Positions 54,534 through 61,185 of a stretch of DNA of 64,000 nucleotides are shown piece after piece. How positions within the stretch are numbered: position 1 is the stretch's first letter; each line of letters opens with the position of its first letter. A program made the translations under genes and the position numbers. The stretch spans positions 87,504-151,503 of the forward strand of contig JBMNTB010000001.1 in NCBI GenBank assembly GCA_050945515.1, given 5' to 3'. Under the pieces are notes generated by a model. The model was not told the origin of the DNA. It ran no database searches and saw only the letters and a list, made by a program, of their open reading frames with translations. This DNA is from Saccharofermentanales bacterium (GTDB lineage Bacteria > Bacillota > Clostridia > Saccharofermentanales > DTU023).

Positions 54534-55451
54534 ATGGCCAAGCAAAAGCGTAAAATTAAGATCAAGAAAAGACATCTGATCCAGGCACTGGGTGCCCTGG
54601 CTCTGAATGGACATCTCAGCGGTTTTGTGACGGGCAATATCTACACCGGTGCCAGCAAACAAATCTGTCTGCCGGTGCTTAATTGCTACTCTTGTCCCGG
54701 GGCGCTTACTTCCTGCCCTATTGGCTCACTGCAGGCTGTTGCCAATCATCCCGGCTTCAGCTTTAGTTACTATATTATGGGTCTGATCGCCTTATTCGGT
54801 ATTCTGGCCGGGAGATTCTACTGTGGTTGGCTATGCCCTTTCGGCTTCCTGCAAGATTTATTGGCCAAAATAAGTAAAAGAAAGCTGCGGGTCAAAGCCA
54901 AGTATGACCGACTTCTGCGCTATTTAAAATATATTATTTTGATTTTCTTGGTTCTGCTCCTGCCGGCAGTACTGACCAATTCCTACGGAATCGGATCACC
55001 TCTGTTTTGTAAATATATTTGTCCGTCCGGTACACTGGGAGCCGGCTTGCCGCTCCTCCTGCTGACGCCTGCTCTGCGGCCGAATGCAGGGATGCTCCTG
55101 GCCTGGAAAGTGCTCTTGGCTCTGGCTATCATCTTGGCCTGCATATACATAACCCGCGCTTTCTGCCGCTATGCCTGCCCTTTGGGAGCGTTGCTCGGTC
55201 TGCTGCAGATTGCCAGCTTCTATCGTTTTTCTTACAACAAGAATAGATGTATTTCTTGCCGGCAGTGCATAACTGTATGCCCAATGGGAATTGATCCGAT
55301 GGCGACGCCGAACAGCCCGGAATGTATCCGTTGCCGCGAATGTATACATGTCTGCCCGACTACCTCACTGACTAGCAGTCTGCCGGGCAAGACTTTGCCG
55401 AAGGAGATATTGTTCGTGGGTGGGAAGTCGGGTCGATCCGACCCTGCCTGA
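54534..55451 (+). CDS. NapH/MauN-like integral-membrane 4Fe-4S (polyferredoxin) protein
   Basis: ORF 54522..55451, with GTG 54522 or ATG 54534 as the start. CX3CP-type motifs (CYSCPG, SCPIG, CGWLCPFG, CKYICPSG, CRYACPLG) interleave with TM helices. Two ferredoxin motifs at the C-terminus (CISCRQCITVCP and CIRCRECIHVCP). Confidence 0.75.
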   Translation: MAKQKRKIKIKKRHLIQALGALALNGHLSGFVTGNIYTGASKQICLPVLNCYSCPGALTSCPIGSLQAVANHPGFSFSYYIMGLIALFGILAGRFYCGWLCPFGFLQDLLAKISKRKLRVKAKYDRLLRYLKYIILIFLVLLLPAVLTNSYGIGSPLFCKYICPSGTLGAGLPLLLLTPALRPNAGMLLAWKVLLALAIILACIYITRAFCRYACPLGALLGLLQIASFYRFSYNKNRCISCRQCITVCPMGIDPMATPNSPECIRCRECIHVCPTTSLTSSLPGKTLPKEILFVGGKSGRSDPA

Positions 55452-55530
55452 TGCTCCACGCGACCGGAGATGCCGGTTCCGTTTCGCAGGCGCCTTCGCC
55501 AACACTTCGCAAACAGATTACGGCCGGTTA

Positions 55531-55559
55531 TTGCTGAAATCTTGCTCTGACTATATAAT
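55531..55559 (+). promoter_or_regulatory. Candidate sigma-A promoter of the EF-G paralog
   Basis: TTGCTG (55531-55536), 17-nt spacer, TATAAT (55554-55559). Confidence 0.45.
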
Positions 55560-55636
55560 ATTATTCGCATGTTTAATCGGGGAAGTATTCAGCGACCCCT
55601 TTTTGACAATAATTAATACATTACTGGGGGTTAGCA

Positions 55637-57718
55637 ATGAGACAATATCAAGCAGCGGACATCAGAAATATTGCACTGGCAGGTCATGGCGGGGCCGGTA
55701 AAACAGCCTTTGTCGAGGCGGCTTTGCAGGCAACCGGTGTGGTTGACCGCATGGGGCGCAGTGACGAAGGAACTGCAGTCATGGACTTTGATGCCGAGGA
55801 AATGCGCCGCGGTATGACGATCAATCTGTCCTATGCCGCAATCGAGTGGAAGGACAAGAAGATTAATCTACTTGATACACCGGGTGATTTCGATTTCCTC
55901 GGCGAGCAGATACAGGGTTTCAGGGTCAGTGATGCTGTTCTGATTGTTATGAGCGGCAAAGATGGGTTGGCTGTCGGTGTGGAGAAAGCGGTCCGCCAGG
56001 CCGGTAAGCAGAAGCGGCCGGTGAGCTTTTTTGTCAACCGCCTGGATGAGCCGCATGCCAGCTTTGATCAGACTCTTGCTGCGTTGCAGGAGGCCTATGG
56101 CAGTAAAGTAGTTCCTCTGGCTTTGCCCATAGTCGAGGGTGAAGATGTGCTCGGTCTGGTCGATGTTATCGGACGGCAGGCTTTTAAATTCGCTGCCAAG
56201 GGCAAGATGGAAAAGATGGATGTGCCGGCTGCTTTGGCCGATCGGATGGAAGAATACTATGACCAGCTTCAGGAACAGATCGCAGAGTGTGATGAAGATC
56301 TGATGATGAAATATTTCGAGGGCGAACCTTTTACAGCAGAGGAGCAAAACTATGGCTTGCGCCAGGCTATCCTGACCGGCTCTATCTGGCCAGTATTTGC
56401 CGGAGCTGCGCAGAGCAATCTGGGTGTAACTTTCGCTTTGGATGCGATCGCCGACTATCTGCCGTCACCGCTGGATACACCCCCTGTATTGAGTTACTTC
56501 CATGGTGAAGAACAAGAGATTGCCATCGATCAGGACAGCAATCTGGCAGCGTATATTTTTAAGACGATTGTTGATCCTTTTGTCGGCAAGATCTCTCTGT
56601 TTAAGGTCTATCAGGGCGTGTTCCCCAGCACGGGCACAGTCTATAACAGTTCTAAGGAACTGGATGAGCGTGTCAACGGTCTGTCCTACCTGATTGGCAA
56701 GAAGCAAATTCCGGCCGATAGCGGTATTGTGGCCGGCGATATCGGCTCTGTTACCAAATTAGGCGACAGTACGACCAATGATACGCTGTGTGAACGCGGT
56801 AATAAGGTAAGGATCGTGCCGCCTGTGATGCCTCGCGCCTCTTTGACTTTAGCTATCTTGCCGGTTACTAAGGGCGAGGAAGACAAGATTATGCAGGGCC
56901 TGACCCGGCTGTCTGATGAGGATACCGTCTTTACTATTGAGAATAATCCGGAGACCAAACAGCTGCTCTTGTCCGGTCTGGGCGAGATCCAGCTGGATGT
57001 GCTGACCAATAAGCTTAAAAATAAATACAATGTCGAGTCGACTCTGGAAGAACCGCGGGTGGCTTATCGTGAGACTATTCGCAAGCAGGTCAGAGTACAG
57101 GGTCGCCATAAGAAGCAAACCGGCGGGCACGGCCAGTTCGGAGATGTCTGGATTGTCTTTGAACCCTGTGAATCCGAAGGGCTTGAGTTTGAAGAGCAGA
57201 TTGTCGGCGGTGTTGTGCCGAAAGGTTATTTCCCCGCCGTTGAAAAGGGACTGCTGGAAGCGATCGAAGAGGGTCCGCTGGCCAATTATCCGGTTGTGGG
57301 TCTCAAGGCTACCTTGGTCGATGGCTCCTACCATGCCGTTGATTCCAATGAGATGTCATTTAAGTTGGCAGCCAGATTGGCCTACAGAGCGGGTATGCCA
57401 CAGGCCAATCCGGTTCTGCTCGAGCCGATCAGCAAGCTGTCAGTCCATATTCCCGATGATTATCTGGGCGATGTTATGGGCGATATGAATAAGCGCCGCG
57501 GACGTATCCTGGGCATTAATCCCGATCCCGAAGAACTGGGTTATCAGATTGTTGAGGCGGAAGCTCCGACTTCGGAGATACTGCGTTACTCGACCGATCT
57601 CAAATCCATGACGCAGGGCCGGGGCTGGTACAATATCGAATTCGCTCGTTATGAGCAGGCACCTCAGCCTGTAGCCGATAAGATTATAGCTGAGGCGCAG
57701 CGTGAAGAAGAAGAGTAA
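55637..57718 (+). CDS. Elongation factor G paralog (EF-G2 type)
   Basis: 693-aa ORF with all five EF-G domains. G1 reads AGHGGAGKT instead of AHIDAGKTT; G3 is DTPGDFDF. It is not in an rpsL-rpsG-fusA-tuf context. Confidence 0.85.
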   Translation: MRQYQAADIRNIALAGHGGAGKTAFVEAALQATGVVDRMGRSDEGTAVMDFDAEEMRRGMTINLSYAAIEWKDKKINLLDTPGDFDFLGEQIQGFRVSDAVLIVMSGKDGLAVGVEKAVRQAGKQKRPVSFFVNRLDEPHASFDQTLAALQEAYGSKVVPLALPIVEGEDVLGLVDVIGRQAFKFAAKGKMEKMDVPAALADRMEEYYDQLQEQIAECDEDLMMKYFEGEPFTAEEQNYGLRQAILTGSIWPVFAGAAQSNLGVTFALDAIADYLPSPLDTPPVLSYFHGEEQEIAIDQDSNLAAYIFKTIVDPFVGKISLFKVYQGVFPSTGTVYNSSKELDERVNGLSYLIGKKQIPADSGIVAGDIGSVTKLGDSTTNDTLCERGNKVRIVPPVMPRASLTLAILPVTKGEEDKIMQGLTRLSDEDTVFTIENNPETKQLLLSGLGEIQLDVLTNKLKNKYNVESTLEEPRVAYRETIRKQVRVQGRHKKQTGGHGQFGDVWIVFEPCESEGLEFEEQIVGGVVPKGYFPAVEKGLLEAIEEGPLANYPVVGLKATLVDGSYHAVDSNEMSFKLAARLAYRAGMPQANPVLLEPISKLSVHIPDDYLGDVMGDMNKRRGRILGINPDPEELGYQIVEAEAPTSEILRYSTDLKSMTQGRGWYNIEFARYEQAPQPVADKIIAEAQREEEE

Positions 57719-57767
57719 TAACCGGCTGCCAAGCCGGGATTACATATTTGTTTTAAAAGGAGTTTGA

Positions 57768-59141
57768 GTGGCAGAAGCAGTTCTTTCTGGCCCCGGTGGT
57801 GAACCCCGATTACCGGCGGCACTGATTTTTTCAGGCAGCTGGCAACTTATCGTGTTGCCCTGCCTTTTTCTTATTATTTATGCTTTCTTTGCGGCTTTCG
57901 AAGCCGGAGTAGCTGCACTTGATGACCATGCGCTGGAGGAAAAAGCGGAGAGCGGCTCTTTGTCGGGCAAATTACTGCTCAAGGAAACCAAGATGCCGGG
58001 CCGCTTTATCGGTAGAATCCACGCAGCCCGCATTGTCTATCTTGCTCTATATGCGATCGTCACTACTGACGGTATCTTAAGAGGTCTGCTGCCGCAATTG
58101 TCTGCTTTTCCCGGTGTCGGTCGTTTCTTGCTGGTGTCGTCTTTAATGGTTCTGTCCTTTCTTCTGCTCTATGTTCTGGGCGATTTGCTGGCCAAACAGC
58201 AGGGCCGGTCAAAAGCGGAGACTGTTTCCTATCGAGGGATTTATCTGTACCGAATTCTCATTTTGCCCATATTGCCTCTATCGACGCTGGGGGTTGTCGT
58301 TGGTTCTGCACTGAGCAAGCTCTTTAAGCTGGACGATATGGAGATTGTGGCCGCGGCGACAGAAGAAGATTTGCGAATGATGTTGAGCGCCAGTAAAGAA
58401 GCAGGGCATATTGAAGAGCAAGATCGGGATCTGATCGAGAATATCTTTGATTTCGATGAAAAGAATGCGGCGGACATTATGACACACCGCACCGATATTT
58501 CCGCCTTCGCCGTAACTGATACTTATGATCAGGTAATGGAGCTAATCACAGATGATCAATACACCCGCTACCCGGTTTATGATGATTCGATCGACAATAT
58601 AGTCGGTTTCGTGCATGTCAAGGATATCCTGAGCTGGATCTATGAGCATAAGGATGAAACATTCAATCTGACACAGTTGATGCGCAAGCCGTCGTTTACT
58701 CCGGAAAGCAGAAATCTGAGGGATTTGTTTCAGGAGATGCAGCACAGCAGAGCGCAGATGGCGGTAGTGATTGACGAATATGGGGGCACGGCCGGCCTGG
58801 TCACCTTGGAGGATATCGTTGAAGAAATCGTCGGTGAAATCGAAGACGAATACGATGAGGAAGAGATTCCCATTGTTCGTTTGACAGAGAACAGTTGGAT
58901 GTTGCAAGGAACGACGGAACTGGAAGATGTCGAGGAAGCCTGCGGGCTGGTGCTGCCGAAAGAAGACTTTGACACGGTGGCCGGTATGATTATCGGCCAT
59001 CTCGATCGCATTCCGGAGGAAGGAGAAAATCCGGAGATTGTGGTCAACCGCGGCAAGTTCCGGGTCGAGTCCGTACAGGATAATCGCATCACTGTGGTGC
59101 ATTTAAAGGTCATGCCGGAAAAAACTTTGCCGGCAGAATAA
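57768..59141 (+). CDS. CNNM/CorC-HlyC family protein (DUF21 TM domain + CBS pair + CorC_HlyC)
   Basis: 457-aa ORF with a GTG start after AAAGGAG. N-terminal TM helices, a CBS region (..DIMTHRTDI.., ..YTRYPVYDDSIDNIVGFVHVKD..), and a C-terminal ..GMIIGHLDRIPEEGE.. transporter-associated domain. Confidence 0.85.
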   Translation: MAEAVLSGPGGEPRLPAALIFSGSWQLIVLPCLFLIIYAFFAAFEAGVAALDDHALEEKAESGSLSGKLLLKETKMPGRFIGRIHAARIVYLALYAIVTTDGILRGLLPQLSAFPGVGRFLLVSSLMVLSFLLLYVLGDLLAKQQGRSKAETVSYRGIYLYRILILPILPLSTLGVVVGSALSKLFKLDDMEIVAAATEEDLRMMLSASKEAGHIEEQDRDLIENIFDFDEKNAADIMTHRTDISAFAVTDTYDQVMELITDDQYTRYPVYDDSIDNIVGFVHVKDILSWIYEHKDETFNLTQLMRKPSFTPESRNLRDLFQEMQHSRAQMAVVIDEYGGTAGLVTLEDIVEEIVGEIEDEYDEEEIPIVRLTENSWMLQGTTELEDVEEACGLVLPKEDFDTVAGMIIGHLDRIPEEGENPEIVVNRGKFRVESVQDNRITVVHLKVMPEKTLPAE

Positions 59142-59154
59142 ATCTGTTATAATA
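59127..59154 (+). promoter_or_regulatory. Candidate extended -10 promoter of the PPIase gene
   Basis: TTGCCG, 16-nt spacer, TGTTATAAT (TATAAT at 59149-59154). Confidence 0.4.
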
Positions 59155-59227
59155 TACTTTCGTATTCAAAACATAATACTAATATCAATGCTGTGTCCCT
59201 TAGGACGCAGTTAGTGTTGAGGGAAAA

Positions 59228-60871
59228 ATGAGCAGAAAAAAAGCAGAAACCTGGAAGACAGATATCGCCCGTCAGGAGCGCAAGGAAAGGCTGGCCAGCC
59301 AGAAAGACAGCTCCGGTCAGAAGAAGCGTATTCGAAGCTATAGTTTAACCGGCAGGATTATCGGCATTGCAGTAGCTCTTGTCATCATTTTGTCCCTGGC
59401 TGTCTGGGCTCTGTCTGCGACAGGCCTGATGCAGCGCTGGGTCACAGCGGTGAAGATTGGGGAGACCAGGCTTTCAGTGGCTGATGTCAATACTGTCTTC
59501 GGCTTTCAGGCCGTGAGCCCCAGCCGTTGGAATCTGGGCAATGTTTTTACCGATGCCGGTCAACAATTGCTGGAGAATGAGTTGTCTTTGGGCGAAGAAG
59601 GATTGAATAATTACCGCGACCATATTAGGAAATATTCTCTGGACGAATGGAAAGCCACTCTGGCACTTTATGAAGAGGGTCAAAGAAACGGCTTTGTCAT
59701 GTCAGATGAAAAAAACCAGGCCATGGAAGCCAGTATTGAACAATTTAGGGCATCGATCGAACAGCAAGCTGCCCAGTATCAAATTACGGTACCGGTGCTG
59801 TTGAAATCTACTTATGGGCCGGGCAGCCGCTTTGCCGAAATTGAGAACTACCTCAAAATCAGCTTCTATGCAGAAGCCTATCTCAGTGACTATTCGCAGA
59901 ATGTCGATATCACTGAAACGGAAATGGAGGAGGCATATCAAGAGAGCAAAGACATGTACGATATGGTCTCCTATCATGCAGTGACCTTTATTTCCGAATA
60001 TCCGGAGCAGGTGACTGATGAGGTGAAAGAAACTGTTGAGAGTCATACTGCGGTTTTAGCCAATAAAATGAAAGATGATCTCGCAGCAGGCAAGGATTTC
60101 TTCGTGGCTGCGCTTGAACATATGGAGGATACCGAGACCAAGAAGCTGCTGTCTGAGGAGCCTGCTGCATTTATCCATCAGTATCGAACCATCAATAATA
60201 TTAAAGATACGGAGCTGAGAACTTGGCTGTTTGAAGCCGGACGTCAAGCCGGGGAGACGACTGTTATTGAATCGACCTCAGAAGGCACTGCCAATCCGAA
60301 TCAGGAAGCCGCTGCAGCGGATCAGACCTCTCCCACAGAGTATAAAAGTTATACCGTGGTCAAATTTGACGGTCGTTCACGCCAGAATGTGAAACCATTT
60401 ACCACCAGGCATATCCTTTTTTCGGCTGAAGAAGACGAAACAATCACGGATGCTAAACTCAAGGCAGAAGCTGAATTAGTGCTGGCCGAATATAATCGGG
60501 GTGACAAAACGGAAGAAGCTTTTGCCGAACTGGCCAAAAAACACAGCAAGGACAGCAATGCGGCCGAGGGTGGCCTATATGAGAAAACCAAATTGGGACA
60601 GTTTGTGGAAGAATATGAAACTTGGGCGCTGGATCCTGCACGCCAAGAGGGCGATGTTGGTCTTGTCAAAACACAGTTCGGCTATCATCTGATCTATTAT
60701 ATAGGCTCTGAAGGCGAGGAAGCCTGGAAAGACGCTACGGGCGAAAAGATTTTGACCGCTAAGATTGCGGAATGGCGCGAAGCACTGGAACAGGCAATAT
60801 CTTATAAGGAAAGTTCTTTCGGCATTAATATGGTAGGGAAAATCGGCTTATTTAAGATCCTGTTCGGCTGA
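59228..60871 (+). CDS. Membrane-anchored parvulin-type peptidyl-prolyl isomerase (PrsA/SurA-like)
   Basis: 547-aa ORF. N-terminal basic segment plus a TM helix (IIGIAVALVIILSLAVWAL). C-terminal PpiC domain (..RHILF.., ..HSKDSNAAEGGLY.., ..TQFGYHLIYY..). Confidence 0.75.
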   Translation: MSRKKAETWKTDIARQERKERLASQKDSSGQKKRIRSYSLTGRIIGIAVALVIILSLAVWALSATGLMQRWVTAVKIGETRLSVADVNTVFGFQAVSPSRWNLGNVFTDAGQQLLENELSLGEEGLNNYRDHIRKYSLDEWKATLALYEEGQRNGFVMSDEKNQAMEASIEQFRASIEQQAAQYQITVPVLLKSTYGPGSRFAEIENYLKISFYAEAYLSDYSQNVDITETEMEEAYQESKDMYDMVSYHAVTFISEYPEQVTDEVKETVESHTAVLANKMKDDLAAGKDFFVAALEHMEDTETKKLLSEEPAAFIHQYRTINNIKDTELRTWLFEAGRQAGETTVIESTSEGTANPNQEAAAADQTSPTEYKSYTVVKFDGRSRQNVKPFTTRHILFSAEEDETITDAKLKAEAELVLAEYNRGDKTEEAFAELAKKHSKDSNAAEGGLYEKTKLGQFVEEYETWALDPARQEGDVGLVKTQFGYHLIYYIGSEGEEAWKDATGEKILTAKIAEWREALEQAISYKESSFGINMVGKIGLFKILFG

Positions 60872-61052
60872 GGGTGTCTTTGCTAACAAATGATGTCGGA
60901 ACATGATCGGGATCGCCAAGCCTATTTTGTGCTCGCAGGGACATAGACCCATCGTTGATGAGTGTATCTTTTTTGAATCCCTTACTTAAATATTGTTGGC
61001 AGACCTGTAGAAGTGCAGCGACGCAAAACTCAAGTGTCTAAACATTGAGCAA

Positions 61053-61076
61053 TAGGGATCTGTGCAGGGATCTGTG
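61053..61076 (+). repeat. Perfect tandem 12-mer (AGGGATCTGTGC x2) abutting the -35 of the downstream promoter
   Basis: 61053-61064 and 61065-61076 are identical. Possible operator. Confidence 0.9.
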
Positions 61077-61105
61077 CATGACAGACCGGTTGCAATATTT
61101 TATAA
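61077..61105 (+). promoter_or_regulatory. Candidate sigma-A promoter of the giant pilin-like gene
   Basis: ATGACA (61077-61082), 17-nt spacer, TATAAT (61100-61105). Confidence 0.5.
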
Positions 61106-61185
61106 TATAAACGATTATTATAACTTAGTTGAAACTGAGCCAAGGGAGCCAAACCGTTAATGCGTTTGAATAGCGGAGGTACACC

